Origin: Ptychodera flava
Lineage: Eukaryota
DNA: 64,000 nt
Direction: 5' to 3'
NCBI RefSeq assembly: GCF_041260155.1
Contig: NC_091939.1
Coordinates: forward strand, 23,707,744 to 23,771,743
The number at the start of each line of letters is the position of its first letter. Positions within the stretch are counted from its first letter, which is position 1. Positions 1 to 12,992 of the stretch are shown here, piece by piece. The translations under genes and the position numbers were made by a program. The notes under the pieces are model-generated. The model was not told the origin of the DNA. It ran no database searches and saw only the letters and a program-made list of their open reading frames with translations.

Positions 1-370
1 TATAAGCGGGAAAAAGTCTGTTGGTAGTGAACACACTGGGCACTTAATGATTCGTACTCTTAATCCAAACAGCTGACGAAAGAAGCACAATTTAGCTCGA
101 CAAAGTATTCGAACAAGATTGCATACTCGAAAATAATTCTGTTCATTCAATCTAATAGCAGGACTTTCAAGGTGCACTTTGGATCCAAGATTGTGTAGCC
201 CTGATGTGACAAAAGGGCGACTGAATTAGCTCAGACAAAGATCTAAACTGGTTTTCACGGGGTATTAGAACGATAAATTTTGACCTTTCGTGAGCTGGAA
301 TGACATATTGTGGTTCGTGTACGTTAATGCAAAATCGATGATGCTATCATTCGCATTTATGAGAGTGGTT

Positions 371-602
371 TAAAGGGAAAGGGTCGTCGGAACCGCGCCT
401 GTGCGACTTTCTTGTTCACAAACAGTATTTCATGCACGATATCTAGAAGCATGGCGTCAACATAGCTGCAACATTTAAATTTCACGATGTACATTATGAC
501 CATCATGTTTTAGCTGTCATCAATTGCTAACGTGCCTTGGATACAGTGTTGACATTGGTCGCATGAGTCAAGTACGACCTTTGAGCGCAGTTTCAACGAC
601 CC
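371..602 (+). mobile_element. MITE-like short interspersed element, ~230 bp, with ~16-bp TIRs GGTCGTCGGAAC[C/T]GCG / CGCAGTT[T/C]C[A/G]ACGACC
   Basis: It is ~80% identical over ~230 bp to the reverse complement of 4398-4636. The internal terminal inverted repeat is read directly. Confidence 0.6.
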
Positions 603-2725
603 CTATAATGAGAATATTCTATAGCTTTCCGTGAATACGTCTTAGTTGCGTCATCGAATGAAACACACGTGAAGCACTGCCTTTCGTATTTGGCCTCAGC
701 TTGTGAGTATAGGTGAATATGTGGTGATGCACACATGTGCGTGAAATGCATGGAACAGAGAAAATGATACACACACGCCTTTAATAAAGCAACTAGTAAC
801 TTATTATCAGACAATTTTAGTGTTCCTGTTGCATATATCTACCACAGTTTGTTAGGCTACTACCTGCATGGTATACATGGAACACAGCCTGTATGTATCC
901 ACCGGATGCATTGGTTTTCTTAAACGATGGAATGTTTATGCATCTCTGCATGGAGTCGAAAACTATATAATTTGGTGTTCCAACAAAATAAAGGGAGGAC
1001 GCCAACAAATTTGCACTCGATACGGGAGAAATCCAGTTACAAAAATTGAAAAGGATATAGTTTTAATGAAAACTGAAAAACAGCCAGCTTCTCGTTCAGA
1101 TTGTGACACGACGCAAATTTATGACAACAGGAAGCCAATAGGAGCAAGCAAACAGTAAACCACACGGAATGAATGGTTCGCTGAGAAAAAGACAGAGAAA
1201 AATCATGATTTTTTTATGAAAGTACAATAATGAAACACGGATCTGTGAACGTACAAAAATTTGACAAAAACAAAAAATATAATTGTTCTGATAAAATACA
1301 TATCTTTTATTTCGAAGATTATTATGTCAGTACTGTTTGTTATAAAACATCTGATTTGTAGATTGATGAAAAATGAAATATATTTGGTGATAAATGTATT
1401 TCACCTGATACAAATGAGCCGTTAATATTGAGGTTTGAATAAATATTATCAAAAGCAACCACAGTTTAGTTATCCCTGAGCATGACGGTCTGTCAGTGAG
1501 TGTGATACAATGAATATAGTTATCATCCAATTGTTTTTTGTTAAAAATAAATCATCATTGACGAGTTAATGGTGAGTGCTGCGTAATAATCTCGATATTA
1601 CCACCAAAATATTGAAAACCCGCCGAATTTCATACGGTTCACTGTCGTCATTAGATAAAACTGTACAGTTTAATGTATTTCTTCGTGTTAAAAACTAGTC
1701 GAGATAGCACCAGTTAAAATCAAATGCTCGATTTCTAAGACAAATGCATTCATTTATGCAAAATATCATTAATGAGCATGCAAATGAGTATGCAAATTAA
1801 TTGAGGAGAATAATTGTCCAAACATATTGAACTATTCACTGAGAAAAGTTTGTAAGTCTTTTCTTGGTAAGGTTGTGAAAACGGAAAGAGTCAAGTGTAT
1901 CCATTACACGTTGAAGGTTGGCGGGTTTTCTTATTCTGATGGTTAAGTCAAGTCACTCTGCGAGCATCATGGGTAAATGAAGCGGGGATATAATGATGCA
2001 ATGGATGTTGAAAGTTACAATGGTTAAGACGACCCTTTAACTTTCCGTCATTTGTCAACAATAAAGAATATTTACATCTGATTGCAAGTTGCATTGATTA
2101 ATCAAACCATCACTTCAACTCAACTACGCTATCCTGTTCCTTCGTCGGCCATATGACATTTCTCCACAACCTCTTCCTTTCTGCAAGACATTGCAGTGAA
2201 CATACTTTCGTGTTGTAATGGTAATTTATGTGCGAGGTGATTATGAAAATATTGTTGGCAGTATTCGGGTAAGAATAAATGATTTGAGGGACCATCATGT
2301 CACGATCAAGCAAAAAACGGAAATGATGTCAACCCTCCAAAATTTATTTACCATGAAAGAATTTGGAAGATCCTTCGACTTTCAAATGTCCTCTTCTTCG
2401 AGATTGCTATCATGGAAAGTGTCGACACTTTGTGAACATGACGTCACGTCCACATTGTGACATACAAATTCGATTTGGCCTCATTCTCACCTGAGAAGTT
2501 GGGAGACAGCGCCCTCTGTCGGAGCTGATTTCTTACAGGGTCGAGCGGATGTACTTTGAAGAACAAAATATCTGCTTTAGCATTATTGACTACAAGCGTG
2601 CAAATGAGCACCACTAAAACTGAGAAAAAACACCAATCTCGGTCCAAATCCCCACTCGTGTTCTGTTTCGCTAATTCAGCTAGGTGCAAAAAGGTAAGGT
2701 TGATGCCACACGGTGCAATGGTTTC

Positions 2726-2894
2726 TCAAATGGATTTTTCGTGCAGCGTCTGCAAGCGCTCGACATGTGCTGTTAGTTCTGCAATTTTTTCATCCTGCTC
2801 CAGCACGATTCTCGCGAGATTCCTAATGTCCAGCTCCTGTTGCACTAATTTCTTCTCCTGCTGAGCGATAACTCGGCTTTGCTCGTTTAGATTT
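2726..2894 (-). CDS. Unidentified helical protein gene, terminal exon ((R)NLNEQSRVIAQQEKKLVQQELDIRNLARIVLEQDEKIAELTAHVERLQTLHEKSI*), coiled-coil tail
   Basis: Minus strand: stop TGA at 2728-2726. I chose the acceptor tcaaaag|AAATC because it is the only nearby AG in the phase required by exon 10. The better-looking acceptor ttactttcag|CTG at ~2934 is in the wrong phase. An intervening small exon cannot be excluded. The heptad-like pattern of L/I/V with charged residues suggests a coiled coil. Confidence 0.4.
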
Positions 2895-3592
2895 CTTTTG
2901 ACTTTGACGAAGGACAGCAGCAGCGCCCAAGTAGACAGCTGAAAGTAACACTCCCCGAATCCTCCTACCTTCTCGTCAAGTCTCGCGAGTTTATCTCGCC
3001 CGCTGTGTCCGCGTTCTTCGGCATTCTCCCTGACATCATCAGAAGTTGTGACTTTCGTCCGTTGGTTTGCGTTCGTGTCAAGGCGGTTGTCCAAGGTACT
3101 GCCGTTTGTTTGACTTCTTGCCTTGAGTCTAGGTATGTGATTAACATAATGGAAAAAAAGATGTGTAAATCATTCCTGGGACATTTCTATGACTGGGATG
3201 TCTCTTAATAAGTACTTGCGTACGATATTCTTTGTAAATCAACAGTAAAGTGATGCAGTGGTGTGTAAAATATGTTGTTTCATTTTGGATAATCATTTTA
3301 GTTATACAGTACATGATTTTGACTATGTCTTTTTGGTTTTCCTGAAATGATGACGTTGACCATAGTGTTTGACGATGTAACATGTTGTGCTGCAGTAGTT
3401 ATATCTTGGTGGCGTAGTTTGCATCTTGTGATCTATTTTGATCTGTATGTGTTGATGAAAGGGAGAGCGGTTAATGTTACAATTTCGGTCGTTAAATGCT
3501 GTTGATGATGGTTCTGATTGTTGCTGCGGGCATTAGTATGGGGCGATTGTAACGGTGTTAGTGAGACCGGTGGTTGCGGAGCTGACGACGGT

Positions 3593-3733
<141 letters not shown>

Positions 3734-3978
3734 TGGTTGCAGTGGTGCTAGTAGCAGTATTAATAACGGTCTATGTTGATGGTGCGAGCCGTTTGCTTTA
3801 GAAATAGCGTAGATATGTTATGGAGTAAGTACTATAATTGTCAGAAATCATGTAAATGGAAGTGGCCGTCGCCCCAATAAGTGCTGTCATAATTGGAGAG
3901 GCTGTTGCGATTGACAGATTGTGGTGAAAGTTTTCTGGCAAATCCTAAGACTACGGTCAGGAGTTTGCAATAACTCAC

Positions 3979-4190
3979 CTATCTATAATCTGTCGCAGGG
4001 CTTCTGTGAGCTGCTGAACTTCAGGAACAGATCTCTTCGTGGCGTGCTGGATTTCATCAGCGTGCACTGCCAGGCACTGCGGGTAGCGTTCCCCGACTGC
4101 CTTGATCAGCCGTAGAATCAATATGTAGTAATTGCTACCAGCAGACTTGAGTACTTTGAAGAGCCCGTTCATTACTTTTTTCGCTATTTC
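3979..4190 (-). CDS. Unidentified helical protein gene, exon 10 (EIAKKVMNGLFKVLKSAGSNYYILILRLIKAVGERYPQCLAVHADEIQHATKRSVPEVQQLTEALRQIID(R))
   Basis: Minus strand: acceptor cattcttgttccag| and donor GATAG|GTGAGT. 212 nt, phase 0 in and phase 2 out. Matches track ORF 3975..4232(-). Confidence 0.6.
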
Positions 4191-4397
4191 CTGGAACAAG
4201 AATGTATGGCAGATTGCTGAGTAACTGGTCAAACCACTATTGAAAACAGAGCTATTCGTGTATCGCAGTCACAACTTCATGCCACTGGCACTGCAGGCGT
4301 AACAGTTTTCTTTTAAAGGTAAGTTATTTTGACGTTAACATGAATAGGTTTCGATGTCTCAAAAGGGATACCAATAATTGTTATTAAAGGTGATACA

Positions 4398-4636
4398 GTC
4401 GTCGGAACTGCGCTCAAAGGTCGTATGGGACCAATACGACCAATGTAAACACTGTATCCAAGGTACGATGGTGATTAATGAAAGTTAAAACATGTCTGTC
4501 ATAATCTACATCGTATAATTAAAATGTTGCAGCTATGATGATGAGGTGCATCTAGATATCGTGTTCGAAATACATTGTTTGCAAACAAGAAACTCCGACA
4601 GTCGCAGTTCCGACGACCGTTTCCCTTTAAATAAAA
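4398..4636 (-). mobile_element. Second copy (inverted orientation) of the same MITE family, in the intron between exons 9 and 10 of the minus-strand gene
   Basis: Reverse-complement match to 371-602, including the TTTAAAGGGAAA[C/G]GGTCGTCGG end. Confidence 0.6.
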
Positions 4637-5035
4637 AGTAAGATTTGAACCTCGTTTCAGATCAACAAGCCAAAACTATATCAGTTTCCAGTAATCGCTC
4701 GTTGACGACGTCCAGAAACATAAAGACCAAGTCTGTTTCAGAAGCATACTGATACTCAAACCTAAATAGTCAACGACATCGCAGAATCAAATTTGGAAAG
4801 TCAATGTATTCAGCTTCCATATGATCACACACCTACTTACTGAACACGTCAAAGAACGTAAATTGCTGTACGGTTAGTAGTTTAGTCGACTACAAAAAAG
4901 TTACTTCCATTGCATAACTTTTGCCAAATGTCAGGGTCAAGAAACAAGTACAATTTTTCTTGTCCAAACTGATCACCAGAATTTCATTTCGAATTGTTTA
5001 GGAGGTGGGAGTGTTACACATAAAAGGTCGTTTAC

Positions 5036-5251
5036 CTCGTCCAGTGTCAAGGCAACAAGAACACGAGCTGCCTGGTAGGTCAGCATTCCCATTTCACCAC
5101 TGTGCATAAGTTCTTCCAGAGGGTTCACCAGATAGAGGTAGGAATCGGGCCGGCGTGACGTCAATGTCGCCAACACCTTCAAACTGTTGATCTGCACCTC
5201 GGAACTCTTGTCAAGATTTTCGATCACGAAATCTGAATATTTTTCCACTTT
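5036..5251 (-). CDS. Unidentified helical protein gene, exon 9 (KVEKYSDFVIENLDKSSEVQINSLKVLATLTSRRPDSYLYLVNPLEELMHSGEMGMLTYQAARVLVALTLDE)
   Basis: Minus strand: acceptor ctcctctcgcag| and donor GACGAG|GTAAAC. 216 nt, phase 0 in and out. Matches track ORF 4973..5248(-). Confidence 0.6.
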
Positions 5252-5983
5252 CTGCGAGAGGAGGAAAGTTGGTTAAAAGATGAAATTAAATTTCGATACG
5301 TGAACAATCGAAACCTGTAAAGAATGTAACGAATTGAACATAAGGTTGAGAGAGATGGGAGTGATACGGAGAGAGAAAAGAGTAAAACAAATAGAGATAG
5401 AGATAGAGATAAAGACAGAGACACGCAGAAAGACAGACAGAGGTAGAGAGACACAGAGAAATGCCAAAAGTTCAAGTGAAATTTACAATAACAATAAGAC
5501 CGCAACAATATCTATAATTACTGAAATGTGGCCAAAAACAATGTATCTGTAGTTCCTTACGTCAAGCTTCTTGATAGCCGCTGAAATTTTGAAGGTAAGT
5601 GGCAATCACAGCTAAGGCATAATGAATAGGAGATAATGTGACCTTAAGCATTTAGATCGTATTTCTTGATTACTACAATCGAAAGAATTCATGTATTATC
5701 TACATCAATGGCCACCCATAATCGACATTGAAAAGTCTAAATCATGAAAAGTGATGAATACGATGCACAAAGTTTAAGGAGGTCATGGTTTTTAAGAAAG
5801 GAATGTCGCGACGACCAATTGTGGTATCCAATACAAACATAAGCACAGATTCTGAAGTAGAAAGTGTAATTGTACAAAAAAGCTTTAGAAATAGGTATAT
5901 TTCTGAACCCATGTATAAAACTTTGACTCATTACGTCTATACTCGGGTCAGACACAGAGATGTTACACTGAACACAGTGTGCA

Positions 5984-5985
5984 TT

Positions 5986-6036
<51 letters not shown>

Positions 6037-6062
6037 TATATTTATTTATTTATTTATTTATT
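5984..6062. repeat. (TTTA)n ~19 units
   Basis: Read directly. Confidence 0.95.
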
Positions 6063-6531
6063 CACATTAAAGGATAACCCATTTACAGATACCAATTGAG
6101 TGAAAGTTTCTCAATCGGGCTGTAATCTTCCATTGGGTCCTACAATGACACGTTGTTCTGTACCAGGTATACACAAACAGATACAGAGTCAAATGCTGTA
6201 AGAATAGACGATGTTCCGCTGATTGCGAGATCTCGCGAGACTTTAATACATGCCCGTAGAAACAGGTTTCCAGCTTAGTAATACAAGTCAACCTTTGTAT
6301 GGAACTAGAAAAAGTGCAGAACTAAGCAAAGATTGCAACTTCATATATTTTATTTAGTGTTTAACTTAATTAGCGACTTTTCCTGTTTTACGCAGTTTGT
6401 CCTGTGTTGCGACAACACGTCCACTGCGAACCACATATTCTCGCGATATCTCGGAATGTCTCGCGCGGTTCGGAACATGGTCTATTAATAATGATGCTTG
6501 CCTCCCCCACCCCGGGACCCACAGACCTTAC

Positions 6532-6677
6532 CTCCGGATAGTCGGCGGCTACATCTCCCAGCAACCTCAACACACCAGCCAGGTAGACTTCGTCGTTTTC
6601 CGTCACTTTCTCCGTCAACGCGTCGAGCTTGTCCAGGACAGCTTCCTTGTTGTGTGGGTATGTAGACAACAGTAACT
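6532..6677 (-). CDS. Unidentified helical protein gene, exon 8 ((Q)LLLSTYPHNKEAVLDKLDALTEKVTENDEVYLAGVLRLLGDVAADYPE)
   Basis: Minus strand: acceptor ttgcttccag| and donor CCGGAG|GTAAGG. 146 nt, phase 1 in and phase 0 out. Matches track ORF 6388..6714(-). Confidence 0.6.
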
Positions 6678-7422
6678 CTGGAAGCAAGGAACCGTAGATG
6701 GTTAAAACACGCACATGGCAAACTTAATGCATTCAACCTCAACACCCCTCCCGAAGGGAAAGTTTGCAGGTCCAAAAATCAAAAGAGGAAATTATGAGTT
6801 TAACATTTCCCAAACTCGATAAATTGCCGAAACTGGTTTCTGAAAAGTTCAAACTAATCGGACAGCGTATTTGAATAACAGAAATTTCAAACATTAAACG
6901 GTGACTCGGATATATTACACACATACACGTATTCATAATGCTACCATGGCGTTAAGTCACTAGTAGTTTGAACTTGCTCACGGCAATCGAAATAGAGTGA
7001 AAGGCTCTTCCCCTAATAAGTTTTAATTATTCATCACCTCTAGTATATGCAGCGTTTTCCAGCTACCGTTTGAAATTTAAAATTATTACTTTTACTTTTA
7101 CAGTCACCTCCAACCTCAAAAGTTGTTCCATACTCGTGTCAATAAACTTGACTCAGTTGAATGACTTGCGAATGTGTTGTCTATCCGAATATGAACGGAA
7201 GTTGCTATTTTCATGACCCCTTAATGACCTCACATCCTGGTATTTTGTTTTTTTCATGTGTGATCTGTATTACAAACCATATTTACTGAATTTGATACTG
7301 TTTGGCCACTGTAACTTATTTTCAAACAAAAAAGAAAAAAGTTACCGTGTGGAAAAATGACGGTGAAATTAAGGGTTAAAGGTCATAACTTGACATTCAT
7401 ATAAAACTTCATGCATCCTTAC

Positions 7423-7611
7423 GAATGAAAAAGGGCAGTTCAATGTCATCCCTGTCCATGCACCACTCGATCAGCTCGGTAACTCTCGGGGCTACGACCG
7501 ACGGTTGTTTGACGGCGATCTTGACAATGGCTTCCATGACGTTCAAGGTCAGCAACTCCGACGTTGAGTTCTTCAGTATCTTCATCAGAGAAGGCACGAA
7601 CCTTGAGGATG
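7423..7611 (-). CDS. Unidentified helical protein gene, exon 7 ((A)SSRFVPSLMKILKNSTSELLTLNVMEAIVKIAVKQPSVVAPRVTELIEWCMDRDDIELPFFI)
   Basis: Minus strand: donor TTCATTC|GTAAGG is clear. I chose the acceptor gacgttgaag| for phase compatibility. The nearer ctgtag acceptor gives an immediate stop in the required phase. So the 5' boundary is tentative. Matches track ORF 7409..7597(-). Confidence 0.45.
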
Positions 7612-7680
7612 CTTCAACGTCAAGTTCAGTTTCAGTCTACAGAGGATGAAGACTATGGTTTAGATACATGTTGTAAGTTA

Positions 7681-9326
7681 GGCTGCGTTCACAAATAACG
7701 ATTAGGGGGGGGGGGCTGGAGGAATTTCGATTGAAATCTTATTTTTTTTAAGATCCCCCCCCCCTAAGTACCCCAAAAAAATTTCAAATGCCCCCCTCTA
7801 TATGGTCAAAATTTTTCAAGTCCCCCCCCCCCAACTATCACAGGCCCGCATATTTGTAAAGGATGTGAGCGCAGAAAAAATAAACATATTGCGCCGTTCC
7901 GCTCACAGGTGTTCAACACTACCTGTATTAGCACTTTCTATAGTCTTATTCTCAAGGCAAGTTCTTTAAATGCATCAGTGATTTTTTTAGATTTATTGGT
8001 CTAAAAGCCAACTTGAGTTAATCCAACTCTGGCCAGGTCAATTGCTCCTGCTGAGGAGCACACAAAATGACAATCATGAGAGAGTAGGCAAATTGTGAAT
8101 TCTGGCTAATTGCCATATTGCACTGTGACCTACCAAACATTTTTCCAAAACTACAAGACATCTATGAATTAGATGCTACTCTAAATTGACAATACTGGAA
8201 GGTTAAAATGTTCCACCAAATAAATGTTTTAATCTCTGAAATTTTGGGTGTAATAATTTCAAATTTGGTTAAAAAATAAATAATTCCATTTGGTCAAATA
8301 TTTTTACTTTTAGTCTTTACTGTTCAAAGTTTTACATCTGTATCATTTATAACAAGAATATGAAAATTTAGAAAACCAAGCATGGTGACCCTATCTTTTT
8401 TCTGTAATATTTGATTATTCTTATATGCTAGAATTCAAACATTACTATGTGTTCTTGCATGTGTTGCTCTCTGGCCTGATCTTGTGTACAATTATGTTTC
8501 ACTGTCATGAGCATCATTTGACCCAAATTCTTCTTCAACTACCATGTACATCAGAGTCAGAGCTATCTCTGTCACTGATCAGGTATGCAGTGACAGTGAA
8601 ACTGCAGGAGCAGAGCTTTAATGATAGTGACACTATCTGTAGGCAGTAGCTGTATTAACTTTGATAATTTTGGCAATATTTTTGTTCAGTTTTACAAATT
8701 TGTTCTAGTTCTACTCCCTACAGCCTGTTGAAATGTCTAGTATTCAGCTTGCTATCACAGCCTATTTATGTGTACCATGCATTTGTATCACTGACAACTG
8801 ACTGTCAGTCTGGACTCCAATTAAATTATCACTAAATACATATTTATATTTATATATACAGGCTTTGTCGACAAACTAAATATTGTATGTTTGAGCATGC
8901 TGTAGGGAGATAGCAAGAAACTGTAGTTGTTATATTGCATAGGAATATTGCAGAAACCATTAACAGTTGCAACTTCTTCCCTGTTACGAGGCTCAAGTTT
9001 GTTTTTTTAACACAAATCACACATTTAGATTTTTTCGAGATAAAAGTCATGAAATGTGACAAAATGGTTCTAAATTTTGTTAAATTATTTCTAACATTAA
9101 AACATTTTGATGACATTAAAAATGGTATTCATTTTTCATTGAATTATCTACAAAAGCTTGGAATTGGCAAATGTAAAACACAAAAGGGAACAAAAAATTT
9201 TCAAGTCCCCCCCCCTATAGGTAGAGCAAATTTCAAGTCCCCCCTCTACTACCCCAAAAATTTTCGAATCCCCCCCTGAATTCCTCCAGCCCCCCCCCCC
9301 CTAACCGTTTTTTGTGAACGCAGCCT
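7681..9326. mobile_element. Foldback-type non-autonomous DNA transposon, ~1.65 kb, with ~150-bp TIRs beginning GGCTGCGTTCACAAA...GGGGGGGGGGG and a 3-bp TTA target duplication (PIF/Harbinger/Tourist-like). Sits in an intron of the minus-strand gene.
   Basis: Left end 7681-~7850 and right end ~9170-9326 are reverse complements. They share GGCTGCGTTCACAAA[T/A]AACG[A/G]TTAG followed by G/C runs of 9-11. Both flanks read TTA. The internal sequence has no transposase-sized ORF. Confidence 0.7.
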
Positions 9327-9371
9327 TAGATGTACTTGTGTCTGTTCGAATATACCTTCAGTAATGTTTAC

Positions 9372-9560
9372 CTGATAAAGTTTGAGGGAAAAGTGTTCCA
9401 AATATTGGGAAACGAATGTACGAGAGTAGTAGTAGGTGTACTGTGATAATGATTTTGCCAATTTCGTTCCTTTTACTCCTTTTATTGTCGATGATGTCGA
9501 CTTCACTGACTGCCCGCATCTCCCATTGGCATATGCTGAGCCAGAAACGAAACGACAAGA
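9372..9560 (-). CDS. Unidentified helical protein gene, exon 6 (LSFRFWLSICQWEMRAVSEVDIIDNKRSKRNEIGKIIITVHLLLLSYIRFPIFGTLFPQTLS)
   Basis: Minus strand: acceptor caattttcag| and donor TATCAG|GTAAAC. 189 nt, phase 1 in and out. Matches track ORF 9358..9558(-). Confidence 0.55.
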
Positions 9561-10028
9561 CTGAAAATTGGTTGACTCAGTCAGCATTTTGCATTAATCT
9601 ATAGTAAATGTGGTGCATAGCTACAGTTTTCTCAGAGAAACCCTCTAGCTCTTATCTTAGCGTTTATATCCATTAATCTTCATTGGTGCTACCGACGGCA
9701 CAACTGTCTGTATACGTTTGCCCATAAAATAGCTGATGCCCTCTATGGTCGTCCTGGGCAGAACTAAATATATCTCACTTTTTCGCTCGAAACAAGCGCC
9801 ACCCTTTCATTTTGGATTAAATTTAGTGTCAAACAGAAGCAGTTCTTACTATCTTGGAATTTTCAACAATCTATATTAAACAGTTTCGTACCAAAAGTTT
9901 AGGCAATATTCGAAGAGGTCACCTTTTAAAAAGCGAGAGACTAGCTCGGGCGCCGGCCACCCGCTCTCTCCAGCTAAGCCTCTTGACACCCAACAACGCG
10001 CAAACTCCCTGAATATTGGCCTACTTAC

Positions 10029-10176
10029 GCGATGGAGGTAGCGTCTGATAACACTGGATGTAACGATACCATAACCGTTGTCCTGGTAACCATTCTCTTG
10101 TTGCAGTGGCTGTGATGACGTAAATGATAGGAGTCGACTCAAGTAGTTGGAGTATTTTGACCACGTTTTCGAAAAA
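10029..10176 (-). CDS. Unidentified helical protein gene, exon 5 (FFENVVKILQLLESTPIIYVITATATREWLPGQRLWYRYIQCYQTLPPS)
   Basis: Minus strand: acceptor ccatttttttcag| and donor CATCGC|GTAAGT. 148 nt, phase 0 in and phase 1 out. Matches track ORF 10021..10233(-). Confidence 0.55.
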
Positions 10177-10733
10177 CTGAAAAAAATGGATAGGTTTTAC
10201 CTTAATGCATATGACATATAGCGCCATTGGCAAATGATATTGAAATTGTTTCTCTTAATGGCAAGAGAAGAACTTTCATCAATTTTCGTAGAGATTGTCC
10301 GGCTTCATAGTCATAATATGTGGGTCCCTATTCACCGTTCTCTTCAAGGGTTTAAATATTCATGTCCCCCGCAGTGGATAATAATGAACCGGTCCTTTGT
10401 TCAGTTTTCGAAAGAAGCGTTCAACGATTATTCAGTGAGCGTGTGATTCCGACGTGCCTGTTCGAACGTCTGCGTGTAAATTTGTGTGACTTTTGAACCC
10501 CACGGGATCTTACCCTTAATCTGTTCAATTACGAAGGTGAGAAACCGTTTCAGCCCTCGAACTCACTTCACACACAATGTAAAGCGGTTAACCTCCTCCA
10601 AAATGGGAGCGATGACGTCACAAGAGCCTATTCACGCCACCATAAAATGGTAAAAGAAGCCTGAGAAAATGGCCGAGTAAGGGTAACCCGCCCTCTATTG
10701 TTCGCCATTTACTTACTGTATTTCTTTACAGAC

Positions 10734-10850
10734 GCCAACCAGAATCACCTCGATAATATCTGGTTTTGAAGTGCTCTTCAAGTGTTCAGCGTGTTCTCTC
10801 ATCATCTTGTCAAACGCCACCAGCACTTCGGATAATCTGGTTTCCAGACC
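10734..10850 (-). CDS. Unidentified helical protein gene, exon 4 (GLETRLSEVLVAFDKMMREHAEHLKSTSKPDIIEVILVG)
   Basis: Minus strand: acceptor gatccgacag| and donor GGC|GTCTGT. I chose this donor because it keeps the frame into exon 5. A stronger-looking donor 4 nt downstream (TCT|GTAAAG, exon end 10730) would break the frame. So the exact 3' boundary is uncertain. Confidence 0.45.
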
Positions 10851-12038
10851 CTGTCGGATCAAGGACACAGAGAGTCTCACAGTGTTTATTCAATTGATGA
10901 TCATTTTGCGCTATACACACTCCAAATCCAACTCGAATCGTCTTTAATGACTCGAAGCGTTTATAACTCGCGATTTGATGGCTGCCCCTGTAAAGACCCT
11001 GTCCTTTTGTTCAATCTGTCTAGCTTGTACCACTCCATGAACTATTCAGCTGAAGTTGACGCACTTTCGCCGCAAGAAACCTCACTTACACGTTCTTGCC
11101 GTAACTGCCATAGAGCATGCATACTGCTTTTCTTAAAAAAAACTATCATTTTATTCTCCTATCTAAACTATGTTGGAATACAAAAGTATAAGCCTTGCCA
11201 GCACAATCCATTGTTTATAATAGGCAATGTTATGTTATTAATAAATGAAGTATAGTCAGGGTGTATTGACCAGATACGATGTGGGAGTAGTAAAAGAAAC
11301 ACATCAGCCAATACTCATTCAAGGGAGACAATCAGTCTGTCGAGCAAACACATTTTACTAAATTTTTCGAAAAACACAATTTGAAGGCCGTCGTCCCCCC
11401 TCTAAGATTTCTAAATACATGCCCGCCATGGAAGCCAGGAATATGACAATATCTGAATATCCCTCTCACTGAGAACGGGGTCACTGACCCAGCCGTGATC
11501 CTGGTGTATGACGGTGACACCTGTGATCACGTGACCTTCACCAAGAGGGTGACCCCTGTTTCACAGATTGATTTACAGCTATTATTTCCACCGAAAGAAT
11601 GACTAAGAACTCTGTTGGAAATAAAATAACTGATGTGGTCTTTTTATCGAAGCTTTTATTGTAATGGATGCTCCGCTGAGTAAAACGTAAAAAAAAATTA
11701 CGTAACAAGAACAAATTGGATGAATTGACAGCTTACTTTCTCACGGTGACGTCAGTCTGGGACAAGTATTGTCGTGTTCAGTATTTTGATCTCGCGGCCG
11801 TCAAAACAACATTCCCCTTTCAAAATATGTAAATATCTTATGACAATCACGCTTATTTTTACGATGCGTTGAATGAATAACCAGGGAACAATAAGCGGCT
11901 ACTTTTTACTGTAGTAAAAAACACGACCTTCACTGATGTACAGGGAAGGAAGAAGAAGAAGAAGGGACTTTTGGTCAGCTCACTACACAGGGACTTTATC
12001 GCATGCTAATAACTGACAGTGAGGTACCAATGCTGAAC

Positions 12039-12041
<3 letters not shown>

Positions 12042-12092
<51 letters not shown>
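12042..12092. repeat. (GA)n ~25 units
   Basis: Read directly. Confidence 0.95.
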
Positions 12093-12099
<7 letters not shown>

Positions 12100-12865
12100 T
12101 ATGACTGATGGATGTATACTTAGCGCTGATTTGTATGGCCTCTATAAATTTGATCAAAATTTATAGTTTTGATCAAATTAAGGGATTGTTTACACACAGG
12201 TGCATAACACAAATTAAGAAATTTGATTTTTGAATTTGAATTGGTACCTAATCCATTTCTTGTATTAAGCGGCAGAAATGTAAAAAAAACGGCACCACTT
12301 TCCATCAGTTTATATGATTCATAATCAAAGAGTTGGTGGTTCAATTTACGGAAAAGAGATACTCGTCTCCAATTTTGCTTAATTGTCAATTTCGCCTGAA
12401 TAACAAAGGACTAATTAGAAAATACAAGTATGGTTCGTATCCTACAATCCTTCATTCAAATGATACCCGTTTGCAGAATGATACTTTAATGCAGGGATCA
12501 ATATGCCATCATGGCCAAATTTCAGGGAGAGTAATTCAGTTAATTTTAGCCCTCCCGGAATTTTAAAATGGCATCACCCTGAAATTTTAAGTCCATATAA
12601 TGCAGTACAGAGTGTTTGAAGCATTGAGAAACGGTGATACTGGAACTTGGCTCAGCTGATGGTCTGCTGTTGTGAAAGAAGGCGTATTGTCGATTGAACT
12701 ACATGGCCACGTGCGCTGCTTACGCTACGCTATACGCGTTAAGTCTGGTTTACACCTATTAAAATATTTTCATATAATAAGGGAGCCGCTAGCATTGTAT
12801 TAAAACTCTTTTTATACGCTGTGCTCGCATTAGAGCATTAGATCAAAGCGTGATTGCATCCCTAC

Positions 12866-12992
12866 CTGCCAGGTTATGGTTGATGCAAGCTGCTTCACTG
12901 CCTGGCCGAGCCGCCACTTTGGAGTCTTCAGAAAAGCAACCACAATGTCGGCCATTCTTCTGTTGACACGCCGCTGCACCGAAGGGAGGGGT
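12866..12992 (-). CDS. Unidentified helical protein gene, exon 3 ((A)PLPSVQRRVNRRMADIVVAFLKTPKWRLGQAVKQLASTITWQ)
   Basis: Minus strand: acceptor ctccttgtag| and donor TGGCAG|GTAGGG. 127 nt, phase 2 in and phase 0 out. Confidence 0.55.

Noticed and set aside
5555-5575. 20-nt segment flanked by an acceptor-like aaatttcag and a donor-like GAC|GTAAGG on the minus strand, and by splice-like sites on the plus strand too
   Set aside because: It is out of phase with the flanking exons 8 and 9 of the minus-strand gene and gives an immediate stop, so it is coincidental.
10730-10733. Stronger-looking donor TCT|GTAAAG for exon 4 of the minus-strand gene
   Set aside because: It leaves exon 4 in phase 1, which is incompatible with the only acceptor of exon 5 (phase 0). 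The weaker GGC|GTCTGT donor 4 nt upstream restores the frame. Left as an uncertainty, not a second feature.
10690-10740. Plus-strand acceptor-like site tttctttacag|ACGCC followed by an open frame
   Set aside because: The plus-strand translation is low-complexity (TPTRITSIISGF...). The minus-strand frame gives a clean helical segment contiguous with the neighbouring exons, so the site is the reverse complement of the minus-strand donor region.
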